Part shown: positions 37,501 to 50,217 of the stretch, in pieces
Numbering within the stretch: the stretch's first letter is position 1
Layout: every line of letters starts with the position of its first letter
From: Nemertoderma westbladi
Taxonomy: Eukaryota; Animalia; Xenacoelomorpha
DNA: 64,000 bases
Assembly: GCA_032718475.1 (NCBI GenBank)
Contig: JAUCBJ010000852.1
Coordinates: 1 to 64,000, forward strand
Direction of reading: 5' to 3'
Made by a program: the position numbers and the translations under genes
The notes under the pieces: generated by a model
What the model saw: only the letters and a program-made list of their open reading frames with translations
The model's database searches: none
What the model was told of the DNA's origin: nothing

Positions 37501-38499
37501 ATATGATAGAGCATGCACCGCAATACTTGACGACATGTTGGTAAACGGCATCCTGTAATAACCTTGTCATTTATTGTTATCCCCTCTCCTAGACCATATA
37601 TTTTATTTGATTCGCGTGTCTGTGTAGTTGATTTCGAGCTTGTTGCCATGTTTTAAAAACTAAATACTAAATATATAAGGCATAATTATAGTGTCCCAAT
37701 ATAATTTATTATCAAATTATACTTATGAGAATAATCAAAGTTTACATAGCCTATATCATTAGACACTGCTGGTACTGTCTGACTGTATTTTTAAAGTTTA
37801 ATAAGCCAAATAAGACATACATAGACAAGGTAAGTGTGTACTGGAAACCAGTAAAATACTTATATCTTCTATACACTATTAGTTACCAAATAGGCCTAAT
37901 ATGTGATCGTGACTGCCAGTGCAGCCAGAATTAGTCTACCAGGTGGACTGGACTGGACTGGATAGGTACTCATACATACATCAAGACAGAGTGACAAATT
38001 CAACAAAGCGATATTACCTCAAACTGCATTAATAATAGGCTCATTCAAACTGCAATGTGCAAGATGGTGGGTATAGGCGCCTTTAAAACAACATTAAAGT
38101 GATTAGATCTTGATATATTGCATGCGCAGCTACTATATTGCTTTTGCACGAAGCAATGCCCTTATGTGAAGGTATGCTGGTATACCCATTTCAACAATAT
38201 ATCGAGAACTAGACATACTCTTGTTTTGAATGTTTTTACCCCCACTAAATCGACCATTGCTGTTCTAATAAGTTACTATCACTAATGCAAGGATACCAAA
38301 AGTTGGTTATATCGAAAATTGCTAATTTGTAATGTCGCGTCAAATGTCGCTGAAGCGGTAATTACAAATGAAGTTGGTGGACCAGGTAAATATTATTTAT
38401 TTGCCAAAATACTTCACATGCATTATTTTCCCATCAAAATGAACTATTTATGAGAGGTACAAGACAATCCATGATGTAAGGGGCAAATGATGCACCCTA
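34509..38499 (-). mobile_element. Full-length hAT (hATm-type) DNA transposon
   Basis: TIR TAGGGTGCATCATTTGCCCC / GGGGCAAATGATGCACCCTA plus ~300 bp of imperfect subterminal inversion; flanks atatatat / ataattat (6/8 match). Confidence 0.88.
35265..37649 (-). CDS. hATm-type transposase, 794 aa, uninterrupted
   Basis: LHWDNKL, FDTTSSNTG, CRHHIGE, PGAMHKARWM, HLWYLTEE, NDISERGVKL. Confidence 0.9.
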   Translation of the reverse strand: MATSSKSTTQTRESNKIYGLGEGITINDKVITGCRLPTCRQVLRCMLYHIQEGMSKKITTPFKWDSAMAVLSQINVFYSKANIPMMTQKKAAQKIIKLMDENAKLRQIPLSRRNNTTIIERLQAAQFTLDKTFQLWTTDALETIKNKDDLEFLKSMMGDRQATMGSFDKLLAAKVKRIKDRHQICEKRLKNAQAIADNPQSALLDIDTSTDESSNEGCTATDQPSSSTTTYCSHHRTKFTGTQAFIPHDILKSPQIVSLATRIKMTPAQQAAFTEAIVEVSGGDKTKISTSYATADKARRTVNEEIATTTRCEWVPPKFASLHWDNKLLPTLQNKYDAEERLAVYVGTSTDTKLLGVPAYKPGSDKTTGSIISEKTGELLDKWGCTESIVNLVFDTTSSNTGHISAACISVQQRLDRALLWSGCRHHIGEIILTQVFTDLYIEVSQSPEIMIFVRFQKHFQMLESDYDVHQLSGLSVSENLETTTIVNNWKNDVLLQSQSTAEYCREDYAEFAKLCEVFLGKDQEHPYKFKYPGAMHKARWMSKLLYALKMCLMEKQINLLPKGTIASKYQMTKLREFTNFVTLIYSSWWFSCGHTIDAPINDLILYRNIVSYAELNPQVSSSALKALNRHLWYLTEEYIPLALFSSKLTNHEKRALADALLNIKPKELPNAPQNRFGTSYGKPKFPDISPSTTLPDLVGPDSWYTFHLLKLDSSFLNTNVNDWSTLEVYKNSLENIKAINNLNDISERGVKLSSDFLEAAKKEEHFQNVLQVVERDRKSMPNLRKRKKQYGKK

Positions 38500-41400
38500 A
38501 TAATTATATGTGTACATAATTATATGTGTATATCGTTATATGTGTACATCGTTCTATGTGTACATCGTTCTATGTGTACATCGTTCTATGTGTACATCGT
38601 TCTATGTGTATATCGTTCTATGTGTATGTCAATCTATGTGTATATCGTTCTATGTGTACATCGTTATGTGTACATAATTATATGTGTATATCGTTATATG
38701 TGTACATCGTTCTATGTGTACATCGTTCTATGTGTACATCGTTCTATGTGTATATCGTTCTATGTGTAAGTCATTCTATGTGTACATCGTTCTATGTGTA
38801 TATCGTTCTATGTGTATGTCATTACATGTGTATATCGTTCTATGTGTATGTCGTTCTATGTGTATGTCATTCTATGTGTATATCGTTCTATGTGTATGTC
38901 ATTATATGTGTATATCATTCTATGTGTACATCGTTATGTGTACATCGTTCTATGTGTACATCGTCATATGTGTATGTCGTTCTATGTGTACATCATTATA
39001 TGTGTACATCGTTCTATGTGTACATCGTTCTATGTGTACATCGTTCTATGTGTACATCGTCATATGTGTATGTCGTTCTATGTGTACATCGTACTATGTG
39101 TATGTCATTCTATATGTAAATCGTTCTATGTGTACATCGTTCTATGTGTACATCGTTATGTGTACATCGTTCTATGTGCATGTCGTTCTATGTGTACATT
39201 GTTCTATGAGTACATCGTTGTGTACATCGTTCTATGTGTATGTCATTATATGTGTATATCGTTCTATGTGTACATCGTCCTATGTGAACATCGCTATGTG
39301 TACATCGTTCTATGTGTACATCGTTCTATGTGTACATCGTTCTATGTGTACATCGTCATGTGTACATCGTTCTATGTGTATGTCATTATATGTGTACATC
39401 GTTCTATGTGTACATCGTCCTATGTGAACATCGCTATGTGTACATCATTATGTGTACATCATTCTATGTGTACATCGTTCTATGTGTACATCGTTCTATG
39501 TGTACATCGTTCTATGTGTACATTGTCATATGTGTATGTCGTTCTATGTGCACATCGTTCTATGTGTATGTCGTTCTATGTGTACATCGTTCTATGTGTA
39601 CATCGTTATGTGTACATCATTCTATGTGTACATCGTTCTATGTGTACATCGTTCTATGTGTACATCGTCATATGTGTATGTCGTTCTATGTGTACATCGT
39701 TCTATGTGTACATCGTTCTATGTGAACATCGCTATGTGTACATCGTTCTATGTGTACATCGTTATGTGTACATCGTTCTATGTGTACATCGTTATGTGTA
39801 CATCGTTCTATGTGCACATCGTTCTATGTGTACATCGTCATATGTGTATGTCGTTCTATGTGTACATCGTCATATGTGTACATCGTTCTATGTGTACATC
39901 GTACTATGTGTATGTCGTTCTATGTGTACATCGTTCTATGTGTACATCGCTATGTGTACATCGTTATGTGTGTACATCGTTATGTCTACATCGTTCTATG
40001 TGTACATCGTTCTATGTGTACATCGTTATGTGTACATCGTTCTATGTGTACATCGTTATGTGTACATCATTCTATGTGTACATCGTTCTATGTGTACATT
40101 GTTCTATGTGTACATCGTTCTATGTGTAAGTCATTCTATGTGTACATCGTTCTATGTGTATATCGTTCTATGTGTATGTCATTACATGTGTATATCGTTC
40201 TATGTGTATGTCGTTCTATGTGTATGTCATTCTATGTGTATATCGTTCTATGTGTATGTCATTATATGTGTATATCATTCTATGTGTACATCGTTATGTG
40301 TACATCGTTCTATGTGTACATCGTCATATGTGTATGTCGTTCTATGTGTACATCATTATATGTGTACATCGTTCTATGTGTACATCGTTCTATGTGTACA
40401 TCGTTCTATGTGTACATCGTTCTATGTGTACATCGTCATATGTGTATGTCGTTCTATGTGTACATCGTACTATGTGTATGTCATTCTATGTGTAAATCAT
40501 TCTATGTGTACATCGTTATGTGTACATCGTTCTATGTGTACATCGTTATGTGTACATCATTCTATGTGCATGTCGTTCTATGTGTACATCGTTCTATGTG
40601 TACATCGTTGTGTACATCGTTCTATGTGTATGTCATTATATGTGTATATCGTTCTATGTGTACATCGTCCTATGTGAACATCGCTATGTGTACATCGTGC
40701 TATGTGTACATCGTTCTATGTGTACATCATTCTATGTGTACATCGTTCTATGTGTACATCGTCATGTGTACATCGTTCTATGTGTATGTCATTATATGTG
40801 TACATCGTTCTATGTGTACATCGTCCTATGTGAACATCGCTATGTGTACATCGTTATGTGTACATCATTCTATGTGTACATCGTTCTATGTGTACATCGT
40901 TCTATGTGTACATCGTTCTATGTGTACATCGTCATATGTGTATGTCGTTCTATGTGTACATCGTTCTATGTGTATGTCGTTCTATGTGTACATCGTTCTA
41001 TGTGTACATCGTTATGTGTACATCATTCTATGTGTACATCGTTATATGTGTACATCGTTCTATGTGTACATCGTCATATGTGTATGTCGTTCTATGTGTA
41101 CATCGTTCTATGTGTACATCGTTCTATGTGAACGTCGCTATGTGTACATCGTTCTATGTGTACATCGTTATGTGTACATCGTTCTATGTGTACATCGTTA
41201 TGTGTACATCGTTCTATGTGCACATCGTTCTATGTGTACATCGTCATATGTGTATGTCGTTCTATGTGTACATCGTCATATGTGTACATCGTTCTATGTG
41301 TACATCGTACTATGTGTATGTTGTTCTATGTGTACATCGTTCTATGTGTACATCCCTATGTGTACATCGTTATGTGTGTACATCGTTATGTGTACATCAT

Positions 41401-44400
41401 TCTATGTGTACATCGTTCTATGTGTACATCGTTATGTGTACATCGTTCTATGTGTACATCGTTATGTGTACATCATTCTATGTGTACATCGTTCTATGTG
41501 TACATCGTTCTATGTGTACATCGTCATATGTGTATGTCGTTCTATGTGTACATCGTTCTATGTATACATCGTTCTATGTGAACATCGCTATGTGTACATC
41601 GTTCTATGTGTACATCGTTATGTGTACATCGTTCTATGTGTACATCGTTATGTGTACATCGTTCTATGTGTACATCGTTATGTGTACATCGTTCTATGTG
41701 TACATCGTTCTATGTGTACATCGTCATATGTGTATGTCATTATATGTGTACATCGTTCTATGTGTACATCGTCCTATGTGTACATCGTTCTATGTGTATA
41801 TCATTCTATGTGTAAGTCATTCTATGTGTACATCGTTCTATGTGTATGTCATTATATGTGTATATCGTTCTATGTGTACATCGTCCTATGTGAACATCGT
41901 TCTATGTGTACATCGTTCTATGTGTACATCGTTCTATGTGTACATCGTTCTATGTGTATATCATTCTATGTGTATGTCAGTATATGTGTATATCGTTCTA
42001 TGTGAATGTCAATCTATGTGTATATCGTTCTATGTGTACATCGTTATGTGTACATAATTATATGTGTATATCGTTATATGTGTACATCGTTCTATGTGTA
42101 CATCGTTCTATGTGTACATCGTTCTATGTGTATATCGTTCTATGTGTAAGTCATTCTATGTGTACATCGTTCTATGTGTATATCATTATGTGTACATCAT
42201 TCTATGTGTACATCGTTATGTGTACATCGTTCTATGTGTACATCGTTCTATGTGTACATCGTTCTATCGTTCTATGTGTATATTGTTCTATGTGTATGTC
42301 AGTATATGTGTATATCGTTCTATGTGTACATCGTTATGTGTACATAATTATATGTGTACATAATTATATGTGTATATCGTTATATGTGTACATCGTTCTA
42401 TGTGTACATCGTTCTATGTGTACATCGTTCTATGTGTACATCGTTCTATGTGTATATCGTTCTATGTGTATGTCAATCTATGTGTATATCGTTCTATGTG
42501 TACATCGTTATGTGTACATAATTATATGTGTATATCGTTATATGTGTACATCGTTCTATGTGTACATCGTTCTATGTGTACATCGTTCTATGTGTATATC
42601 GTTCTATGTGTAAGTCATTCTATGTGTACATCGTTCTATGTGTATATCGTTCTATGTGTATGTCATTACATGTGTATATCGTTCTATGTGTATGTCGTTC
42701 TATGTGTATGTCATTCTATGTGTATATCGTTCTATGTGTATGTCATTATATGTGTATATCATTCTATGTGTACATCGTTATGTGTACATCGTTCTATGTG
42801 TACATCGTCATATGTGTATGTCGTTCTATGTGTACATCATTATATGTGTACATCGTTCTATGTGTACATCGTTCTATGTGTACATCGTTCTATGTGTACA
42901 TCGTCATATGTGTATGTCGTTCTATGTGTACATCGTACTATGTGTATGTCATTCTATATGTAAATCGTTCTATGTGTACATCGTTCTATGTGTACATCGT
43001 TATGTGTACATCGTTCTATGTGCATGTCGTTCTATGTGTACATTGTTCTATGAGTACATCGTTGTGTACATCGTTCTATGTGTATGTCATTATATGTGTA
43101 TATCGTTCTATGTGTACATCGTCCTATGTGAACATCGCTATGTGTACATCGTTCTATGTGTACATCGTTCTATGTGTACATCGTTCTATGTGTACATCGT
43201 CATGTGTACATCGTTCTATGTGTATGTCATTATATGTGTACATCGTTCTATGTGTACATCGTCCTATGTGAACATCGCTATGTGTACATCATTATGTGTA
43301 CATCATTCTATGTGTACATCGTTCTATGTGTACATCGTTCTATGTGTACATCGTTCTATGTGTACATCGTCATATGTGTATGTCGTTCTATGTGCACATC
43401 GTTCTATGTGTATGTCGTTCTATGTGTACATCGTTCTATGTGTACATCGTTATGTGTACATCATTCTATGTGTACATCGTTCTATGTGTACATCGTTCTA
43501 TGTGTACATCGTCATATGTGTATGTCGTTCTATGTGTACATCGTTCTATGTGTACATCGTTCTATGTGAACATCGCTATGTGTACATCGTTCTATGTGTA
43601 CATCGTTATGTGTACATCGTTCTATGTGTACATCGTTATGTGTACATCGTTCTATGTGCACATCGTTCTATGTGTACATCGTCATATGTGTATGTCGTTC
43701 TATGTGTACATCGTCATATGTGTACATCGTTCTATGTGTACATCGTACTATGTGTATGTCGTTCTATGTGTACATCGTTCTATGTGTACATCGCTATGTG
43801 TACATCGTTATGTGTGTACATCGTTATGTCTACATCGTTCTATGTGTACATCGTTCTATGTGTACATCGTTATGTGTACATCGTTCTATGTGTACATCGT
43901 TATGTGTACATCATTCTATGTGTACATCGTTCTATGTGTACATCGTTCTATATGTACATCGTCATATGTGTATGTCGTTCTATGTGTACATCGTTCTATG
44001 TGTACATCGTTCTATGTGAACATCGCTATGTGTACATCGTTCTATGTGTACATCGTTCTATGTGTACATCGTTATGTGTACATCGTTCTATGTGTACATC
44101 GTTATGTGTACATCGTTCTATGTGTACATCGTTCTATGTGTACATCGTCATATGTGTATGTCGTTCTATGTGTACATCGTCATATGTGTACATCGTTCTA
44201 TGTGTACATCGTACTATGTGTATGTCGTTCTATGTGTACATCGTTCTATGTGTACATCGCTATGTGTACATCGTTATGTGTGTACATGTTCTATGTGTAC
44301 ATCGTTATGTGTACATCGTTCTATGTGTACATCGTTCTATGTGTATGTCATTATATGTGTACATCGTTCTATGTGTACATCGTTATGTGTACATCGTTCT

Positions 44401-45650
44401 ATGTGTACATCGTTATGTGTACATCGTTCTATGTGTACATCGTTCTATGTGTACATCGTTATGTGTACATCGTTCTATGTGTACATCGTTATGTGTACAT
44501 CGTTCTATGTGTACATCGTTCTATGTGTATGTCGTTCTATGTGTACATCGTTCTATGTGTACATCGTTATGTGTACATCATTCTATGTGTACATCGTTCT
44601 ATGTGTACATCGTTCTATGTGTACATGGTCATATGTGTATGTCGTTCTATGTGTACATCGTTCTATGTGTACATCGTTCTATGTGAACATCGCTATGTGT
44701 ACATCGTTCTATGTGTACATCGTTATGTGTACATCGTTCTATGTGTACATCGTTATGTGTACATCGTTCTATGTGTACATCGTTCTATGTGTACATCGTC
44801 ATATGTGTATGTCGTTCTATCTGTACATCGTCATATGTGTACATCGTTCTATGTGTACATCGTACTATGTGTATGTCGTTCTATGTGTACATCGTTCTAT
44901 GTGTACATCGCTATGTGTACATCGTTATGTGTGTACATGTTCTATGTGTACATCGTTATGTGTACATCGTTTTATGTGTACATCGTTCTATGTGTATGTC
45001 ATTATATGTGTACATCGTTCTATGTGTACATCGTTATGTGTACATCGTTCTATGTGTACATCGTTATGTGTACATCGTTCTATGTGTACATCGTTCTATG
45101 TGTATGTCATTATATGTGTACATCGTTCTATGTGTACATCGCTATGTGTACATCGTTATGTGTGTACATGTTCTATGTGTACATCGTTATGTGTACATCG
45201 TTCTATGTGTACATCGTTCTATGTGTACATCGTTATGTGTACATCGTTCTATGTGTACATCGTTATGTGTACATCGTTATGTGTACATCGTTCTATGTGT
45301 ACATCGTTATGTGTACATCGTTCTATGTGTATGTCATTATATGTGTACATCGTTCTATGTGTACATCGCTATGTGTACATCGTTATGTGTGTACATGTTC
45401 TATGTGTACATCGTTATGTGTACATCGTTATGTGTACATCGTTCTATGTGTACATCGTTATGTGTACATCGTTCTATGTGTACATCGTTCTATGTGTATG
45501 TCATTATATGTGTATATCGTTATATGTGTATATCGTTATATGTGTATATCGTTATATGTGTATATCGTTATATGTGTATATCGTTATATGTGTATATCGT
45601 TCTATTTGTACATCGTTATGTGTACATCGTTCTATGTACATCGTTATGCA
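38500..45650. repeat. ~7.1-kb satellite, 16-bp unit tatgtgtacatcgttc with 14-bp variants and higher-order duplications
   Basis: Directly visible; identical variant order recurs at offset 3844 (ORF-track 38526 vs 42370, 38684 vs 42528) and ~1360-1406. Confidence 0.97.
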
Positions 45651-45973
45651 TAGGGGGAGGGGGGGGGGGGTACTTAAGAAAGAAAAGAGATTATACTCTA
45701 CTAGAGGTACTAAAGATTATACAAACTCAGCATCTAATAAGGAGCACAAAGTATGGTGTAAGACAAAAATTCAACCATTAAATCAGATCCATTGATACAG
45801 ACCATCAAGTAGGTAAGGCATTGCTTAGTTAACCTAATGATAGGGCAGATGAGTTAGTAGAGAGGAACAATTAATTAATTAATAATAAATACATATGCAA
45901 TAAATACAATATGGTACAGCATACCATGACCTACTATAGATACATTAGAAAAGATATAAACATAATATCACAA

Positions 45974-46014
45974 TCACAACGCGTTTCGAACTTATTAAAT
46001 TCGTCATCAGGTGA
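45974..46014 (-). ncRNA. Minimal hammerhead ribozyme (Penelope type)
   Basis: Minus strand tcac-CTGATGA-c-gaattt(aat)aagttc-GAAAC-gc-GTT-gtga: stem I tcac/gtga, stem II 6 bp, palindromic stem III, GUU cleavage triplet. Confidence 0.75.
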
Positions 46015-46635
46015 GAACAATAATAAAACACAATCAGCAGTATTATTGTAGTACCAACGACAAGATAAACTTTAAAGTGTATCGGTACAGTAGAAAACTG
46101 CATAATATTTCAATTTGAATGTCCCTCCCAAATAATCCCAATTTGCATAATATTTCAATTTGAATGTCCCTCCCAAATAATCCCAATCCTTCAATCATTG
46201 TCTACAACTCTGGTGACCCGTGGGTACCACCAGAGTTGTAGAGAGACTCCTAGCTCCGTTGCTACCTTGGAATGATACCGTGAGCTGCATCTGTATACTA
46301 CTCTAAAATCTTCCACGGCTGGGCGTCCTTGGCTACATAAAGGCCAATGTTCAGATACAGTAGTGTTTCCAGCCGGTCGCCTATATTCACCAATCCGCTC
46401 ATGATAAAGGCGCACTGTGTGGCCAATGTAATCCTTGTTACAGGATTGACAGTGGTATGAATATACCAAATTTGACCAGAGTGGTTGGGGAACACGGTCC
46501 TTATTGGGAAACAATTTGTGGATTTTATTCGACCTGAAACCGAACAAAAAACGATAACCCACAGGATATTAGAGAATATTATCCAGTTTCCTACTGTAGA
46601 CTTTACAGTTTATCTTGTCGTTGGTACTACAATAC

Positions 46636-46860
46636 GGGTCAGAGTAAAACGCGGATCCGGATCCGGATCCGGATTCTACACATTAACATTGTCCCTATGG
46701 AAGTCGATTTTTTTTACATTTTTATAACTCCCAAAAATAAAACTATAAACTGTTCTATTGACTTTAGTTTATTGTTTTGGTTAAAATAACGTGCCACTGT
46801 AACCTGCTCCTTTCCCTAAGTGATAATTTTGGAATACGGATCCGCGTTTTACACCTACCC
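46636..46860. mobile_element. 225-bp Mutator-like MITE
   Basis: TIRs GGGTCAGAGTAAAACGCGGATCCG / CGGATCCGCGTTTTACACCTACCC; perfect 9-bp TSD CTACAATAC (46627-46635, 46861-46869). Confidence 0.85.
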
Positions 46861-46880
46861 CTACAATACTGCTGATTGTC

Positions 46881-46921
46881 TCACCTGATGACGAATTTAA
46901 TAAATTTGAAACGCGTTATGA
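46881..46921 (+). ncRNA. Second, slightly mutated hammerhead copy in the opposite arm
   Basis: tcac-CTGATGA-cgaatttaataaattt-GAAAC-gc-GTT-atga; first base pair of stem I mismatched. Confidence 0.6.
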
Positions 46922-47125
46922 TTGTGATATATTATGTTTATATCTTTTCTAATGTTGTCACTTGCTTCTCTTGCATTTATCTACTATAGATACAGTTGTA
47001 GTAGGTGAACATAGAACGTCAATGACACTCAACAATGGAAATAATGAACGCATAAATAAACTACAATACTATATAGTACTCACCTCGTATGTGATTGGCT
47101 GGATATATACAACTATAGAACTTAC

Positions 47126-47304
47126 CTTGTCTCCTGATTGGGTAACGGAAATAGGAACTCCCTATCGAATCTACCGGGACGTCTGAGAGCGGGATCAATA
47201 GCGTCCAACCGATTTGTTGCTCCTATGACAACCACTTCACCACGGGAATCCAATCCATCCATGAGGGCTAACAGAGTACTCACAATGCTAGAGTGAATTT
47301 GATC
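47126..47304 (-). CDS. ATAD2: ATAD2-family AAA+ ATPase exon (sensor 1 / arginine finger)
   Basis: AG|[60 protein letters not shown]|GTAAG. Confidence 0.93.
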
Positions 47305-47394
47305 CTAATAAAGAATAAATAATTTACATTTAATTATAACCCGAGCCGAACCCCAGTCGTCATGGAACTCGGCTCACAACCATCGATTTGGAAG

Positions 47395-50087
47395 TGCGAC
47401 AAGGTGCCCAGCCATCGATATAAACACACCTGTTTGGAACTGCGACAAGGTGCCCAGCCATCGATATAAACTCACCTGTTTGGAACTGCGACAAGGCGCC
47501 CAGCCATCGATATAAACTCACCTGTTTGGAACTGCGACAAGGTGCCAAACCATCGATATAAACTCACCTGTTTGGAACTGCGACAAGGTGCGCAGCCATC
47601 GATATAAACTCACCTGTTTGGAACTGCGACAAGGTGCCCAGCCATCGATATAAACTCACCTGTTTGGAACTGCGACAAGGTGCCCAGCCATCGATATAAA
47701 CTCACCTGTTTGGAACTGCGACAAGGTGCCCAGCCATCGATATAAACTCACCTGTTTGGAACTGCGACAAGGTGCGCAGCCATCGATATAAACTCACCTG
47801 TTTGGAACTGCGACAAGGTGCCCAGCCATCGATATAAACTCACCTGTTTGGAACTGCGACAAGGTGCCCAGCCATCGATATAAACTCACCTGTTTGGAAC
47901 TGCGACAAGGTGCCCAGCCATCGATATAAACTCACCTGTTTGGAACTGCGACAAGGTGCCCAGCCATCGATATAAACTCACCTGTTTGGAACTGCGACAA
48001 GGTGCCCAGCCATTGATATAAACTCACCTGTTTGGAACTGCGACAAGGTGCCCAGCCATCGATATAAACTCACCTGTTTGGAACTGCGACAAGGTGCCCA
48101 GCCATCGATATAAACTCACCTGTTTGGAACTGCGACAATGTGCCCAGCCATCGATATAAACTCACCTGTTTGGAACTGCGACAAGGTGCGCAGCCATCGA
48201 TATAAACTCACCTGTTTGGAACTGCGACAAGGTGCCCAGCCATCGATATAAACTCACCTGTTTGGAACTGCGACAAGGTGCCCAGCCATCGATATAAACT
48301 CACCTGTTTGGAACTGCGACAAGGTGCCCAGCCATCGATATAAACTCACCTGTTTGGAACTGCGACAAGGTGCCCAGCCATCGATATAAACTCACCTGTT
48401 TGGAACTGCGACAAGGCGCCCAGCCATCGATATAAACTCACCTGTTTGGAACTGCGACAAGGTGCCCAGCCATCGATATAAACTCAGCTGTTTGGAACTG
48501 CGACAAGGCGCCCAGCCATCGATATAAACTCACCTGTTTGGAACTGCGACAAGGCGCCCAGCCATCGATATAAACTCACCTGTTTGGAACTGCGACAAGG
48601 TGCCCAGCCATCGATATAAACTCACCTGTTTGGAACTGCGACAAGGCGCCCAGCCATCGATATAAACTCACCTGTTTGGAACTGCGACAAGGTGCGCAGC
48701 CATCGATATAAACTCACCTGTTTGGAACTGCGACAAGGTGCCAAACCATCGATATAAACTCACCTGTTTGGAACTGCGACAAGGTGCGCAGCCATCGATA
48801 TAAACTCACCTGTTTGGAACTGCGACAAGGTGCCCAGCCATCCATATAAACTCACCTGTTTGGAACTGCGACAAGGTGCCCAGCCATCAATATAAACTCA
48901 CCTGTTTGGAACTGCGACAAGGCGCCCAGCCATCGATATAAACTCACCTGTTTGGAACTGCGACAAGGTGCCAAACCATCGATATAAACTCACCTGTTTG
49001 GAACTGCGACAAGGTGCGCAGCCATCGATATAAACTCACCTGTTTGGAACTGCGACAAGGTGCCCAGCCATCGATATAAACTCACCTGTTTGGAACTGCG
49101 ACAAGGTGCCCAGCCATCGATATAAACTCACCTGTTTGGAACTGCGACATGGTGCCCAGCCATCGATATAAACTCACCTGTTTGGAACTGCGACAAGGTG
49201 CCCAGCCATCGATATAAACTCACCTGTTTGGAACTGCGACAAGGTGCCCAGCCATCGATATAAACTCACCTGTTTGGAACTGCGACAAGGTGCCCAGCCA
49301 TCGATATAAGGTCACCTGTTTGGAACTGCGACAAGGTGCCCAGCCATCGATATAAACTCACCTGTTTGGAACTGCGACAAGGTGCCCAGCCATCGATATA
49401 AACTCACCTGTTTGGAACTGCGACAAGGTGCCCAGCCATCGATATAAACTCACCTGTTTGGAACTGCGACAAGGTGCCCAGCCATCGATATAAGCTCACC
49501 TGTTTGGAACTGCGACAAGGTGCCCAGCCATCGATATAAACTCACCTGTTTGGAACTGCGACAAGGCGCCCAGCCATCGATATAAACTTACCTGTTTGGA
49601 ACTGCGACAAGGTGCACAGCCATCGATATAAACTAACCTGTTTGGAACTGCGACAAGGTGCCAAACCATCGATATAAACTCACCTGTTTGGAACTGCGAC
49701 AAGGTGCCCAGCCATCGATATAAACTCACCTGTTTGGAACTGCGACAAGGTGCCCAGCCATCGATATAAACTCACCTGTTTGGAACTGCGACATGGTGCC
49801 CAGCCATCGATATAAACTCACCTGATTGGAACTGCGACAAGGTGCCCAGCCATCGATATAAACTCACCTGTTTGGAACTGCGACAAGGTGCCCAGCCATC
49901 GATATAAACTCACCTGTTTGGAACTGCGACATGGTGCCCAGCCATCGATATAAACTCACCTGATTGGAACTGCGACAAGGTGCCCAGCCATCGATATAAA
50001 CTCACCTGTTTGGAACTGCGACAAGGTGCCCAGCCATCGATATAAACTCACCTGTTTGGAACTGCGACAAGGTGCCAAACCATCGAT
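47395..50087 (-). repeat. 46-bp intronic minisatellite (~58 units) = last 36 nt of ATAD2 exon + donor GTGAGTTTAT
   Basis: Minus unit ATCGATGGCTGGGCACCTTGTCGCAGTTCCAAACAG|GTGAGTTTAT; first unit is the true exon end (IDGLAPCRSSKQ). Confidence 0.95.
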
Positions 50088-50217
50088 TTCATCAAAGAAT
50101 ATAATACTGGGCCTCATAGTGTAAGCTTGGTCGAACAATAACCGTAGCTGACGTTCACTTTCTCCGACCCATTTACTCAACGTATCCGCTCCTTTTCGCA
50201 TAAAAAACGCAACTTTC
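50052..50217 (-). CDS. ATAD2: ATAD2-family exon (Walker B)
   Basis: AG|(R)KVAFFMRKGADTLSKWVGESERQLRLLFDQAYTMRPSIIFFDEIDGLAPCRSSKQ|GTGAGT; phases agree with neighbours. Confidence 0.95.

Larger units (their letters stand above)
45945..46954 (-). mobile_element. Penelope-like fragment (GIY-YIG, 46191-46562) between inverted pseudo-LTR-like arms
   Basis: SNLVYSYHCQSCNKDYIGHTVRLYHERIGEY; 45945-46110 is the inverted copy of 46576-46635 + 46870-46954. Confidence 0.82.

Noticed and set aside
38524-45795. Many long Cys/His/Val/Tyr-rich ORFs (up to 785 aa)
   Set aside because: Translations of a stop-free 16-bp satellite, open in all three frames; no coding evidence.
47083-47110. Possible ATAD2 micro-exon ending at GAG|GTGAGT
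   Set aside because: Would need an intron under ~30 nt and does not encode the expected ATAD2 continuation.
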